Of a stretch of DNA of 64,000 nucleotides, positions 1-9,626 are shown one piece after another (the first letter of the stretch is position 1; each line of letters begins with the position of its first letter). Both the position numbers and the translations under genes were made by a program. The notes below the pieces were generated by a model that saw only the letters and a list, made by a program, of their open reading frames with translations, searched no databases and was not told where the DNA came from. This DNA is from a virus (Duplodnaviria; Caudoviricetes): IMG/VR virus record IMGVR_UViG_2671180604_000001, positions 1 to 64,000 of that record. The stretch is one strand, 5' to 3'.

Positions 1-264
1 TCAGATTACTTTTTTATGCTCTTCTACCTTTTTCTTGACGTAGGAAGCATACCAAAAAACATCTTTTGGGCTTAATCTAATCGGATTTTCTATTTCACCA
101 CACTTAATCATGCCATAAAACTTATCTTTCTCAATAGAAAGTAATTTCATAAATTCATTAGCGCGCACACGTCGATCAATAACAGTGCTTTGTTTAGAAA
201 GCTCATCAAGTTTATGCACCATTTTCTCTATGGTTGATGCATCTACAGTAGTTATCTGCACCAT
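1..264 (-). CDS. Excisionase / AlpA-like DNA-binding protein
   Basis: 87 aa with an AlpA/Xis-like pattern (FYGMIKCGEIENPIRLSPKDVFWY); last gene of the leftward operon, so an integrase is expected just outside the window. Confidence 0.7.
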   Translation of the reverse strand: MVQITTVDASTIEKMVHKLDELSKQSTVIDRRVRANEFMKLLSIEKDKFYGMIKCGEIENPIRLSPKDVFWYASYVKKKVEEHKKVI

Positions 265-492
265 CTTAAAGCACCTCCATATATATTGCTGTTAATTAGG
301 TCGCTTAATAATTTGAATTGAAAGTTATCAATTTCATCTTTGATACTAGACATTACTTTCTCCAAGTCGCTTCTTTGAATTTTGCATTTACGATCAGATC
401 TTCGATTTCACCAATTCCGACATTCTCAAAGATGTGAGTCATTTTGCTCCCGAACACTTCAAGTGTTCGGGTAATAGATGAATATTTAAATT

Positions 493-1533
493 TCATGTCA
501 GCTCCCCATCGATGCTAGAACCCTGGTTAAGCTGCTCAAGCTCAAAGCGGCGTTTCTTTACGTATCCCATCAAGCGTGGTTGTATATCTGGATGGCGTGT
601 AGACACATCGATCTCTAAAGCATCTAAGGCCGTAAGATCAGGTGCATTTTGAATTTGAACCATTAATGATGGTGGTTCTTTAGGCTGAAATTTTGATTGC
701 TCTTGAAGTTCGCACAGTCTTTTACTGATTGCAGAAAGTAGGGGTTTACGTTGCTCTTCTGTCCAGTGCTGAGTCTTAACAACAACACTATTAGCTTCGT
801 CTGGTGTATGAGCATGATTAACAACTGCAGTCAGATCCGCATATTCAATTTCATACTGAGAATTATCACCCAGATCTAAACAAGGTTTGTCATTGTGAAA
901 ACGTGTCCACTGACGTTCCTGTATTTGATTGTCAATTTCTTGAGCTTTGGTAATTGCTACAGCTGAAATATCTTCAAAAGATACATTTGTTTCAGGGCAT
1001 TGTGCTGTGACTGGTCCAATGATGTCATCCAAAGAATTATCATCATTAGCAGCTTGATTGGTCTGATGTTTTATTTCAGCAGAATCATTTTGTTTTTTTG
1101 ATTGCCGCTTTTTTTTAGGTTGTTCAGCAAACTCTAAACTTACTTCAAATATAGAACCTCCAACAGCTGAGCAGATTGCTTCATATTGTCGTTTTGCATT
1201 CTCAAAGTCACGTTGAGCAAAACCACTACGGATCCCAGTAACCAACTCTTCAATATTTTCATTGAATTTATATTGAAGAATCAAAGCCTGAGGTTGAATT
1301 AAAAATACATCTTGTTCAGGTTGCACCTCATCAAGTGCCAATGGCTTAGTAAATGTAATACCTGCCAATTCAATGGTCTCAATTTTGATGCAAAACTCGT
1401 GCACTGGCAGTGCAAACACAGTTGCAGGGAATTGGTCCAGTGAATCAAATTCACCAAGGATGTGACGGCATAAAACCGTCTTACCTGAGCGAAGTGCAGT
1501 AAAAGCTTCTTGAGCGTTTAAGATATTATTCAT
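493..1533 (-). CDS. Phage hypothetical protein (early-left operon)
   Basis: 346-aa ORF with a 4-bp overlap to the upstream ATPase gene. Confidence 0.75.
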   Translation of the reverse strand: MNNILNAQEAFTALRSGKTVLCRHILGEFDSLDQFPATVFALPVHEFCIKIETIELAGITFTKPLALDEVQPEQDVFLIQPQALILQYKFNENIEELVTGIRSGFAQRDFENAKRQYEAICSAVGGSIFEVSLEFAEQPKKKRQSKKQNDSAEIKHQTNQAANDDNSLDDIIGPVTAQCPETNVSFEDISAVAITKAQEIDNQIQERQWTRFHNDKPCLDLGDNSQYEIEYADLTAVVNHAHTPDEANSVVVKTQHWTEEQRKPLLSAISKRLCELQEQSKFQPKEPPSLMVQIQNAPDLTALDALEIDVSTRHPDIQPRLMGYVKKRRFELEQLNQGSSIDGELT

Positions 1534-2651
1534 GCGCGGACTCCCTGTTTTGCCAGGTTATCGATTTCTTGTTTTGCTGCTTCTAGTTGAGCCGCTTCAA
1601 TTTGCAGGAGGTTATCAATCCCTAAATGTTCACAAACTGTTTTAGCGTCTAAGCCACGTTGATCGATAAATTCAAGAAGTTGATCTCGCTGCTCATTTGA
1701 GATACCAATAAATTCTGGTTTACCGATCCACTTATTTTGATTTTTATCAAAATTACATCCAAGCTCTTTAGAGCGAGCTAACATAATTTGACGCATGTTA
1801 TGGTAGTAGATGTGGTCTTTACATAGAGACTCAGTTAGCTGATTTAAGTCGCTAGCATATTCAGCTTCTGTACAACTTTGCTTCCAGTTCTCAAGCTCAT
1901 CATTAGCTTTAGCTACAGCTAACTGAGCAGGGGTAAGTGTATTAATATGATCTTTAGCCGCTTTAATAAGTTCAGCCAAAAACATGGGATTTGTCTTTAA
2001 ATCAGGAACCCAAACTTCACCATTCTCACCACCTAAAGCTCCTGAATTTTTTGCATGATGGGTAGGAGATGGCTTAAAACTGATAAAACGGGCATTCTTA
2101 CCTTCACCTGTGTTTACCGTGGTCAGATAACCCATTATGTCGGCAATGCGATATAGCTCATTACGGTTTTTACCACCTAGATCTGGGCGATAGATAACTT
2201 GATCTCCGTTTTGATCTTCTGAGGCATGTGCAATAAACACCACGTCTTTACCAAGGCTTATCAATGTATTGATGTATTGCTTAAAAGTTTGATTTGCCAA
2301 ACCCTGAGCTTTTAATTTTAGTGCACCATCTTTTTGGCGATTGTTGGCAGTTAAAAGTAGGTGAGTCTTAATGCTTTCAAGCATTGCCCCGACAGTATCA
2401 ATAACAACGGTATTGAATGGTGCTAAGTCTTGTGGTGTTAAATCAGCTACATCTTTCCATTGTTGAACAGGAATCACAGCCCCTCGGCGTAGCTCACCAG
2501 TACGGTGTGAACCACGGTCAAAGTCGAAAGAAATTGCTTTATCAGCAGTAAAGCCCAAAGAGGTTTTACCTAGGCCAGGATCAGCATATAAATAGGTTAT
2601 TATTGCATTAACTTGTAATGGCTGATCAGCATTAATGATATTTATAGCCAT
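1530..2651 (-). CDS. Sak4-like (AAA_24) phage recombination ATPase
   Basis: Walker A ADPGLGKT, FDFDRG, Walker B VVIDT, FIAH and ADIMGYL motifs; position in the recombination module. Confidence 0.85.
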   Translation of the reverse strand: MAINIINADQPLQVNAIITYLYADPGLGKTSLGFTADKAISFDFDRGSHRTGELRRGAVIPVQQWKDVADLTPQDLAPFNTVVIDTVGAMLESIKTHLLLTANNRQKDGALKLKAQGLANQTFKQYINTLISLGKDVVFIAHASEDQNGDQVIYRPDLGGKNRNELYRIADIMGYLTTVNTGEGKNARFISFKPSPTHHAKNSGALGGENGEVWVPDLKTNPMFLAELIKAAKDHINTLTPAQLAVAKANDELENWKQSCTEAEYASDLNQLTESLCKDHIYYHNMRQIMLARSKELGCNFDKNQNKWIGKPEFIGISNEQRDQLLEFIDQRGLDAKTVCEHLGIDNLLQIEAAQLEAAKQEIDNLAKQGVRA

Positions 2652-2653
2652 GA

Positions 2654-2983
2654 TTACAACCCCTTATTAGATTTAGTATTGTTGTAAGCCATACGTTGAT
2701 TAGCGCTGTACGGTGTGCGTTGAAAGCAGTCTTTTGAATACATTGCTTCACGTTCTTTTTTACGTTGTGCACTAACTTCTTGCTGCAGATTGCGAAGAAT
2801 CCAAGGCTTTGATTTCAACAACTCAGGATCCACAGGTGTACCGCCGTTCTCAGTCTCTAAACGAATATCTTTAAATGTGTAATTCGTTGAAAAAGTCTGT
2901 GGACCTAAGCGAACGTGATAGCGCCCAGATTCATCACGAGTAATAAACTCGCGGAATGGGGTGGTGAAGGGTTTCTTTTCCAT
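2654..2983 (-). CDS. Phage hypothetical protein
   Basis: 109-aa ORF translationally coupled within the operon. Confidence 0.7.
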   Translation of the reverse strand: MEKKPFTTPFREFITRDESGRYHVRLGPQTFSTNYTFKDIRLETENGGTPVDPELLKSKPWILRNLQQEVSAQRKKEREAMYSKDCFQRTPYSANQRMAYNNTKSNKGL

Positions 2984-3441
2984 TAGATAGACTCCACCAT
3001 TTTGTTTTTTTCGATATGAGCGGTTATCACAGAAATCATGTTTCTGATGTCATCGGCGTTTGTGAAGTCGTTGTAAAATCCGCCGTTACTTAACAAGACG
3101 CGATCTACAGCTAAGTTTTTTATAAATACAGCTTGTGTGTCGCTACCTAATTGACCGTTGTAATCTGGTACTAGCTCGAAATCAAAGCTAGTAAAAACAT
3201 GAAAGCCATCAAGATTGACAATTGCTTCGCCAGTGTTATCAGACGTGATTTTTACTGACATCACGCCGTACATGGAATTTGTATTGGCATATGAGTAAAC
3301 AGGATTTGTTTCGACTGGCTTGGTGACCAGAGCATAAGCGCCTGTCAAACCACACAAAGTAATTGCAGAAATTGCAGTACCGACAAGAAAAGACTTGCCT
3401 AGCGTATAAGTGCGATTGTGATTTAAAACATTTTGTTCCAT
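2983..3441 (-). CDS. Phage hypothetical protein with N-terminal hydrophobic segment
   Basis: 152 aa; GAGG RBS upstream on the minus strand; first gene after the OL operators. Confidence 0.7.
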   Translation of the reverse strand: MEQNVLNHNRTYTLGKSFLVGTAISAITLCGLTGAYALVTKPVETNPVYSYANTNSMYGVMSVKITSDNTGEAIVNLDGFHVFTSFDFELVPDYNGQLGSDTQAVFIKNLAVDRVLLSNGGFYNDFTNADDIRNMISVITAHIEKNKMVESI

Positions 3442-3518
3442 AATCTACCTCATGTAGTGAGAAGCCCTGATCGCCGTGGTAAGTTGTCAGGGCTTTTTGC
3501 TGTTCATGAGATTAAATA

Positions 3519-3589
3519 TACCTACAAGGTAAAATATTGTAAATACCTATAAGGTAAAATCTAATAAATTATTTTATACTTGTTAGGTA
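3519..3589. promoter_or_regulatory. Left operator (OL): three repressor sites
   Basis: TACCTACAAGGTA 3519-3531, TACCTATAAGGTA 3544-3556, TACTTGTTAGGTA 3577-3589; the same palindrome lies between cI and cro. Confidence 0.85.
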
Positions 3590-3615
3590 AAATATTGTAT
3601 TTTAGTGGACAAAAG

Positions 3616-3640
3616 AAAACCCATCCGATGATGGGTTTTT
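3616..3640. terminator. Intrinsic terminator downstream of the cI operon
   Basis: AAAACCCATC-cgat-GATGGGTTTT hairpin flanked by A/T tracts. Confidence 0.7.
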
Positions 3641-3675
3641 AACTGATTTAACCAAACCTACCTAATTGAGCACCT

Positions 3676-3975
3676 TTAAGAACCGTACTTTTCTAAAAGC
3701 TCATCAATCCAGCCTTGTGCCTGCTCTAAATTGATTATGTCTGCCAATTTTAGATTAGTACCCTCAGCCTCATTAAACCCCTCGATTATTGCTTCGAAGA
3801 TATTTGCTTCAGTAACGACCTCGCGTGCCATTTCCTCAGCGTCATAACTTTGCTTCGCTTTTTTAAGTGATGCTATTTGTTTATCAATACCATCACCTAT
3901 TTTTGATAATGCTGCTTTAAATTCTTGTTTGTTAATAGATAGTGTGGTTTTAGATTTATTAAGTGTTCCGATCAT
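3676..3975 (-). CDS. Hypothetical protein co-transcribed with cI
   Basis: 99-aa ORF directly downstream of the repressor. Confidence 0.7.
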   Translation of the reverse strand: MIGTLNKSKTTLSINKQEFKAALSKIGDGIDKQIASLKKAKQSYDAEEMAREVVTEANIFEAIIEGFNEAEGTNLKLADIINLEQAQGWIDELLEKYGS

Positions 3976-4008
3976 GATTTTATTCCTGGGAATTTCTGTA
4001 GGGGTTTT

Positions 4009-4773
4009 TTATGGTCTAACCAATGCAGACTCCAATCGACCAATAAAATGCAATTCATTTAATTGCTCTCGAGTAATCACCTCATCTGGGTATTTTTTCT
4101 TATCCGGATTGTCACTTTGCAGACGTACAGTTCTTTCGTCACCATAGCTAATAAAAACTCGCTTCATGCGCAAAAGACTATTATGAAGAAAAACATAAAC
4201 ATCCCCGCTAATCATTGCTTCAGTATCAATTGGAGAAATATCAACAAATAAAGGGCTATCTGGAGCAACTGTAGGCCACATACTATATTCTGCAGAGTAA
4301 ATAATTCTTAAATTATTAGGATTAGCTTTGATTCCAAGTAATTTCAATATTTGTGGGTCGATATCAAGATAGTCTGAAATATCTTCTAAGAAATTTGCAA
4401 CACCATCCCCGCAGGATGCTTTTACATCTTTATGCACCGGAATCCTTACTGTGTTTTTGTTTTCATCGGATGGATTGAATCTTAAAGGTGATATATAGAC
4501 TTCATCTTTGGAGGACACATTGATTGGTGGTGCAATGGATTGATCTAAAAATCCTTTAGGTTTACCGAAAGCTTGTTCAATTTTTTCAGCCGTTTCATCA
4601 CCAATATTCTTCGTTGGGTTCTTTCCAATGTATTGACTGAGCAAGTTGTAAGACATTTCAATTTTTTCTGCAAATTCAGATCTGCTTATACCTAAGTCTT
4701 TCATAAGCTTTCTAGTATTACTAAGTCTTATCTCATGAATTGTTTGCAATTCAGCCATGATGAACTCTACCAC
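4009..4773 (-). CDS. cI: CI-type prophage repressor (HTH + S24 peptidase); start may be the ATG at 4758
   Basis: N-terminal XRE HTH, ASCGDG cleavage region, SM(W)P catalytic Ser, MKR Lys, SDNPDK; divergent from cro. Confidence 0.92.
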   Translation of the reverse strand: MVEFIMAELQTIHEIRLSNTRKLMKDLGISRSEFAEKIEMSYNLLSQYIGKNPTKNIGDETAEKIEQAFGKPKGFLDQSIAPPINVSSKDEVYISPLRFNPSDENKNTVRIPVHKDVKASCGDGVANFLEDISDYLDIDPQILKLLGIKANPNNLRIIYSAEYSMWPTVAPDSPLFVDISPIDTEAMISGDVYVFLHNSLLRMKRVFISYGDERTVRLQSDNPDKKKYPDEVITREQLNELHFIGRLESALVRP

Positions 4774-4793
4774 CCTTTAATTACTTAGTAATT

Positions 4794-4882
4794 TACCTGC
4801 TAGGTAGAAAAAATAAATACCCTGACAGGTTGTTTTTAATTTACCTAATAGGTATATTTATATTTAATTTACCTTATAGGTG
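4794..4882. promoter_or_regulatory. Right operator (OR): 3-4 repressor sites
   Basis: TACCTGCTAGGTA 4794-4806, an imperfect site at 4818-4831, TACCTAATAGGTA 4842-4854, TACCTTATAGGTG 4870-4882. Confidence 0.85.
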
Positions 4883-4887
4883 TACTT

Positions 4888-5121
4888 ATGCTCACTCTTT
4901 ATGATTTTTGGCGTGGGTTAGAGAAAAGTGAACGTATCCATTTTTGTGAAGTAACAAGCATTTCTTATGGATATATGGAGTCTCACTTAATCCACGGCCG
5001 TAAAAAACCAAGTATGGACACCATTCAAAAAATGGTTGATGCCAGCGAAAAAAAACTAACCCATGAGGGTTTGTTTAACTTCTTTTTAGGAAAAAAAGTA
5101 GAGCAACAGGTGGTTGTATGA
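4888..5121 (+). CDS. cro: Cro-like transcriptional regulator
   Basis: 77-aa HTH-like protein divergent from cI. Confidence 0.75.
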   Translation: MLTLYDFWRGLEKSERIHFCEVTSISYGYMESHLIHGRKKPSMDTIQKMVDASEKKLTHEGLFNFFLGKKVEQQVVV

Positions 5122-5381
5122 GTCTCGAAAAAGAAGATCTTCGTTTGAAGATGCTCCCAGACATGATGGAGCGTTTGCGACTGATCGCAGATGTCCGCGG
5201 TAAAGATTATGCACATCAAGCAGTTATCCTTTTAGAAAAAGCAATCATGGGTGATTACCATGAGGTTAGCTTAATGCTTGAAAGGGCTAATAAAAATAGG
5301 AAGAAAAGGGAGAGTTTGGGATTGGTTGGGCGTGTTGGGGTAAACCCTGAATCTCAAATTTTAGAAATAAAAAAAGCCTGA
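5118..5381 (+). CDS. Small DNA-binding protein at the CII position (RHH/Arc-like N-terminus)
   Basis: DLRLKMLPDMMERLRLIADVRGK; follows cro with an ATGA overlap. Confidence 0.6.
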   Translation: MSLEKEDLRLKMLPDMMERLRLIADVRGKDYAHQAVILLEKAIMGDYHEVSLMLERANKNRKKRESLGLVGRVGVNPESQILEIKKA

Positions 5382-5487
5382 TTTCGTGGATCAGACTTTT
5401 TGTGTTCATTAATTATTGGAACCAAAGAACATGACAAATATATCAAATCATCTTCAATCAAACAACGCCATTAGCTGCATAAAAGAA

Positions 5488-5516
5488 AAAAGCCCGGGAT
5501 TGGTGCTCGGGCTTTT
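5488..5516 (+). terminator. Intrinsic terminator-like hairpin (tR1-like)
   Basis: AAAAGCCCGGG...CTCGGGCTTTT. Confidence 0.55.
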
Positions 5517-5546
5517 AACGCTCTTTAATCAAGGAGATTAAATCAC

Positions 5547-5816
5547 ATGTTCACTGTATCAAAGCCATCTGAACCGAACAACAGTGATTATGTAGTTGGC
5601 GACACAGTTGTTTTTATCGATGCAAGCAAGCCTGATCATTTAATGACAGTGACTCAAGCGCAGAAAAATGGTGTGTTACTCAATGGGAATAACAGCTTTG
5701 CACTTAATCATTTGATTCGTCACGCAAGTATTTCTGAAGTATTGGCAAAAAAACGCCAAATAGTATCGATTGATGATCTTTTAGAAATACTAGATTCAAA
5801 AATGGAGGTGTTATGA
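5547..5816 (+). CDS. Phage hypothetical protein
   Basis: 89 aa, AGGAG RBS. Confidence 0.7.
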   Translation: MFTVSKPSEPNNSDYVVGDTVVFIDASKPDHLMTVTQAQKNGVLLNGNNSFALNHLIRHASISEVLAKKRQIVSIDDLLEILDSKMEVL

Positions 5817-6112
5817 AAACTTCCGCTAAATTGCCTGAGCACAAACAAATCCAGAGTGTGCAGTCCTGGTATGAACCAGCGCTTTATAGACTTGAGCAAA
5901 TGTTAGATATACGTAAGGCAAATCTACGCAAGCGAAATAACGATGCAAATCAAGCTGCTGTTACTCGCGATGAGTTTCTTGAAACTTTGCATGACTTGGA
6001 TGGCATTCAGCTACATGAAGCTGCTCGATTGGTATCGAGCCTAAAGAGTGCTGGAAAAATTAAATGTTTTGGTCGGTTCATTCAGATGGGTGAGCAGGGT
6101 GGTGATGAATGA
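5813..6112 (+). CDS. Phage hypothetical protein (possible winged helix)
   Basis: 99 aa, GGAGG RBS, 4-bp overlaps at both ends. Confidence 0.7.
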   Translation: MKTSAKLPEHKQIQSVQSWYEPALYRLEQMLDIRKANLRKRNNDANQAAVTRDEFLETLHDLDGIQLHEAARLVSSLKSAGKIKCFGRFIQMGEQGGDE

Positions 6113-7053
6113 GTTTAGACGCAACAGTCTGGGCTTGGAAAAAACAATTCACTCAGGTGAAAGGTGGACCATCCCCAGCGTTAAAAAAATTGGTTTTATT
6201 GTCTATGGCTGATCGTGCAGATGAACAACATTGTTGTTATCCGAGTACAGGTCGGTTAGCTGAAGATTGTCAAATTAATAAAAAGACGCTTTTTAAGATT
6301 TTAGAAGAGCTAATTTCTGACGGCGTAATTTTTGATACAGGTGAGAGAAAGGGTAGAACTAAGCAGGTAATTGTCTACCGATTAATTGGTGTACAAGGCC
6401 GTGAGCAAACAGGACCAACATTGGAACACTTAGAAGATGAAAGCATTGATACGCAAGGCTTAAATTCTGAAACAGTGCCAACATTGGAACAGTTCCAACA
6501 TTTCCCTGAAACAATACCAACATTTCCAGTAAACAGTACCAATATTGGTACACGGAATCTTTCAAAGAATCTATCAATAGAATCTAAAAATAAAAAACAC
6601 TGGCTTTGTTCAAAAAAATTGAGTGAAGAAATTGCTCAAGCAAATCCTGAGATCGATGCAAATAAGATCATCTCAGCAAGTTGGTTCAATCGTGAATTTA
6701 GAGCATTTGAAAAATTCAATGCTGAAAAATCTATGTGTGATGAACTCATGATTTACCACTTTGCTAATTGGCTGCTTGAGGCAAAAGCTAAATTAGATCG
6801 TATGAATCGCTCTGTTCATTCAAGCAAGAAACAGGAATCTAAATCTGATAACACCCTTACTGAAAAACAAATCAAGTTTTTAGCAGGGAAGTTATCCCGC
6901 ATTCCTGATTTCGGAAAATACGCCGTAGGCAATGAATCACATGATCAACTTGCAGTTCGCTTAGAAACAATGCTGAAAAATCCTAAGAACATTCAAAAGT
7001 GGTCTGAATATTTAACTGCGGTTGGATTTGAACAAAAGGGGAATGCGGCATGA
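6109..7053 (+). CDS. Phage replication initiator (lambda O-like, N-terminal HTH_36)
   Basis: KLVLLSMADRADEQHCCYPSTGRLAEDC pattern; internal iterons. Confidence 0.85.
   Translation: MSLDATVWAWKKQFTQVKGGPSPALKKLVLLSMADRADEQHCCYPSTGRLAEDCQINKKTLFKILEELISDGVIFDTGERKGRTKQVIVYRLIGVQGREQTGPTLEHLEDESIDTQGLNSETVPTLEQFQHFPETIPTFPVNSTNIGTRNLSKNLSIESKNKKHWLCSKKLSEEIAQANPEIDANKIISASWFNREFRAFEKFNAEKSMCDELMIYHFANWLLEAKAKLDRMNRSVHSSKKQESKSDNTLTEKQIKFLAGKLSRIPDFGKYAVGNESHDQLAVRLETMLKNPKNIQKWSEYLTAVGFEQKGNAA
6407..6552 (+). repeat. Replication-origin iterons inside the initiator gene
   Basis: Five imperfect copies of (A/G)AACAGTACCAACATT at about 6407, 6470, 6487, 6509 and 6531, followed by an A-rich tract. 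Confidence 0.8.
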
Positions 7054-8591
7054 CAAGTTTTGTTCAATACAACACTGATTTTAAAACTCAATTTGATTTA
7101 GATTTTGCAGGAAAAATTATTGTTGACTTCTTTGCAGGTGGAGGCGGTGCAAGCACAGGCTTGGAGATGGGTTTAAATCGTGGAGTATATGTAGCTGTAA
7201 ACCATAATCCAAAATCAATTGCCATGCATGAGGCAAATCATCCTTACACAAAGCATTATGTTCAAGATGTATTTGCTGTTGATCCAGTTGAGATTTGCGA
7301 AGGCTTTCCTGTTGGTTGGTTCCATGCAAGCCCAGATTGCACACATCATTCACAAGCGGCAGGTGGGCAACCAAGGAAAAAAGAAATTAGGGATTTGGCT
7401 TGGGTAGTACATAAATTCGCAGGGAAAGTAAAACCTGATGTTATTTCTCTTGAAAACGTTAAGCAGATGCTCAAGTGGGGACCATTGATTGCAAAGCGTG
7501 ACAAGTCAACAGGTCGAGTCATCACACTTGAAAAGATAGAGGTGAGCGGAAAGCTCATTTATCGAATTGCAGAGCCTGGTGAAATTGTACCAAGACATAA
7601 TCAATTTTTAGTTCCAGATCCAAAACGTGCAGGAAAAACATGGAAGCATTTCATTTGTGGTCTAGTTGGTCTGGGTTATCAGGTTGAATGGAATAAAAAC
7701 GTTGTTGCTGCTGATTTTGGTGCAGGAACTACACGAGAGCGTTTGTTTATGGTTGCTCGTTGTGATGGCAAGCCGATTGTGTGGCCTGAGCAATACTTTG
7801 CAAAACAACCTAAGGATAAACAGAAAAAATGGGTTCCAGCAGCAGATTCTATTGATTGGTCTGATTTAGGTAATTCAATTTTTGATCGACCTAAAGGTCC
7901 ACTTGTACCTGCAACGCTTAAACGGTTAGCAAAGGGTTTGAAGCGTTTTGTTATTGATGCTGAAAATCCTTATTTCATCAAATCTTCTACGCCATTTATT
8001 TGTCGTGATTTCAATACAAGCATTGGACACAGCATTACAGAGCCACTTGCTACAACAACTGCAAGTTATGGCGGTCACAGTCAACTTGTTTGCCCGATTT
8101 TAGCGCCGTTTCTAACTGAGTTTGCTAATGCATCACAACAGCGTAACTGGTCTATAGATCAACCGTTATCAACGATTTGTGCCCAAGTGAAAGGTGGTCA
8201 TCACGGATTAGTCACTGCAAAGTTAAGTAAAGATGATTTTGATGGTGCTTTGCGTGTCGCATCATTCTTAATCAATTACTACGGCAATGGCGATGCAAGA
8301 GACATCACCGCACCAATGGATACATTAACGACAAAAGACCGATTAGCTTTGGTGACTGTATGGATTAAAGGTGATCCTTGGGTAATTGTTGATATTTGCT
8401 TGCGTATGTTGAAACCAATTGAGCTTTATAAAGCGCAAGGTTTTCCTGATTCATACATCATCGATCCGATATTTGACGGCAAACCATTGTCAAAAAAAGA
8501 TCAGGTACAGATGTGCGGAAACAGTGTTTCTCCTTTACCTATGGCAGCAATTGCCCGTGCAAATAACCCTTTTGAGTGGGGTAGCTTATGA
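7050..8591 (+). CDS. DNA (cytosine-5) methyltransferase, orphan phage type
   Basis: Motif I FAGGGG, catalytic SPDC, ENV, RERLF, C-terminal GNSV. Confidence 0.92.
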   Translation: MTSFVQYNTDFKTQFDLDFAGKIIVDFFAGGGGASTGLEMGLNRGVYVAVNHNPKSIAMHEANHPYTKHYVQDVFAVDPVEICEGFPVGWFHASPDCTHHSQAAGGQPRKKEIRDLAWVVHKFAGKVKPDVISLENVKQMLKWGPLIAKRDKSTGRVITLEKIEVSGKLIYRIAEPGEIVPRHNQFLVPDPKRAGKTWKHFICGLVGLGYQVEWNKNVVAADFGAGTTRERLFMVARCDGKPIVWPEQYFAKQPKDKQKKWVPAADSIDWSDLGNSIFDRPKGPLVPATLKRLAKGLKRFVIDAENPYFIKSSTPFICRDFNTSIGHSITEPLATTTASYGGHSQLVCPILAPFLTEFANASQQRNWSIDQPLSTICAQVKGGHHGLVTAKLSKDDFDGALRVASFLINYYGNGDARDITAPMDTLTTKDRLALVTVWIKGDPWVIVDICLRMLKPIELYKAQGFPDSYIIDPIFDGKPLSKKDQVQMCGNSVSPLPMAAIARANNPFEWGSL

Positions 8592-8782
8592 ATATCACCC
8601 TCACCAATTCAGACATCCGTTTCTTTTTGGTCTGGTTGGCCAACATGAAACGCCGTCCACACTATGAAATTATCGTTGTTCGCCAAGTAATCAAAGCTTT
8701 CCATAACAACACTGAACATCAACTTAAAGCTGAGGTCTTGAATCTTGCTGATTTAAGCCGCCGTACGGGAGAAGGACGATGA
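8588..8782 (+). CDS. Phage hypothetical protein
   Basis: 64 aa, coupled by 4-bp overlaps. Confidence 0.65.
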   Translation: MNITLTNSDIRFFLVWLANMKRRPHYEIIVVRQVIKAFHNNTEHQLKAEVLNLADLSRRTGEGR

Positions 8783-9183
8783 GCTACGAAGAAAAATACT
8801 CTATTGAAGTTAATGATACAGAAAAGGTTATCAAGTTCACTCGTAAGTTTGAGCGCTCTACATGCCTGCACAAACATATTGAGATCTCAAGGGAGGATGA
8901 TCAGGTCTTATGTCTTGACTGTAAAATGAGTTTAAACCCTGTCTGGTGGATTGCGGATTATTTAAAGCACTTAAATCGCGTAACGGAACGCAATAACAAA
9001 ATGCTTTCAGAGGCTAGAGAAATTGAAAAGCGTTTGGAAAAGAAAAACAAATTCATGTGCAAGCATTGCCACGAGGTTAATACGATTGATTTCAAAAAAC
9101 TACCATCTCAAGCTGCTGTAACTCGCGGCATATCGGTAATTGAAAATGAATTTGATGGAATGAAAGTGGAGCAAAACCAGTGA
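8779..9183 (+). CDS. Zinc-finger phage protein
   Basis: CxH...CxxC and CxxC clusters. Confidence 0.7.
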   Translation: MSYEEKYSIEVNDTEKVIKFTRKFERSTCLHKHIEISREDDQVLCLDCKMSLNPVWWIADYLKHLNRVTERNNKMLSEAREIEKRLEKKNKFMCKHCHEVNTIDFKKLPSQAAVTRGISVIENEFDGMKVEQNQ

Positions 9184-9626
9184 AAAATACTCAAGCTCTA
9201 AAGATCAAAAAAGGCGATCTCGTGATTGTGGATTTCATTAGTGAATCACGAACAATTTATTCAGGAAAACGTTTCACTGGTTATGGTGTAGAAGATGGTT
9301 ATGTGTTTGGTCAATTGGAACAAGGCACACCATTTATGTGCCCTGAACAATTTGTTCAACTCACTTCAGCTGAAATTATTAAGCAAATTCGTGCTGAGTT
9401 TGAAACATGGTTAAAAAAACAAAAGCAATATTCCGTTTTAATTAACCAACATGGAGCAGATTTATTTAATTACGATTCAATTGATGGCTATCAAAAACTT
9501 GCCGTGGTATTGGCATTCGAACTTTGGAAAGAGTTAAGTTTAAGCCGTGATACCAATAAAGCTTTATTAAAAAAACTCAATGTTTCTTCCGCTACTTTTA
9601 CGAATGGCGGTACACATCATGAGTAA
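9180..9626 (+). CDS. Phage hypothetical protein
   Basis: 148 aa, GTGA overlap. Confidence 0.65.
   Translation: MKNTQALKIKKGDLVIVDFISESRTIYSGKRFTGYGVEDGYVFGQLEQGTPFMCPEQFVQLTSAEIIKQIRAEFETWLKKQKQYSVLINQHGADLFNYDSIDGYQKLAVVLAFELWKELSLSRDTNKALLKKLNVSSATFTNGGTHHE

Noticed and set aside
255-442. Two tiny minus-strand ORFs upstream of the excisionase
   Set aside because: About 30 aa each with no recognisable motif; possibly a decayed gene but unsupported
6422-6490. TGGAAC copies at 6422 and 6485 as late promoters
   Set aside because: They are part of the origin iterons inside the initiator gene, with no downstream gene start
6407-6552. Repeats as a CRISPR array
   Set aside because: Short, imperfect, irregularly spaced and intragenic; they fit iterons, and no cas genes are present
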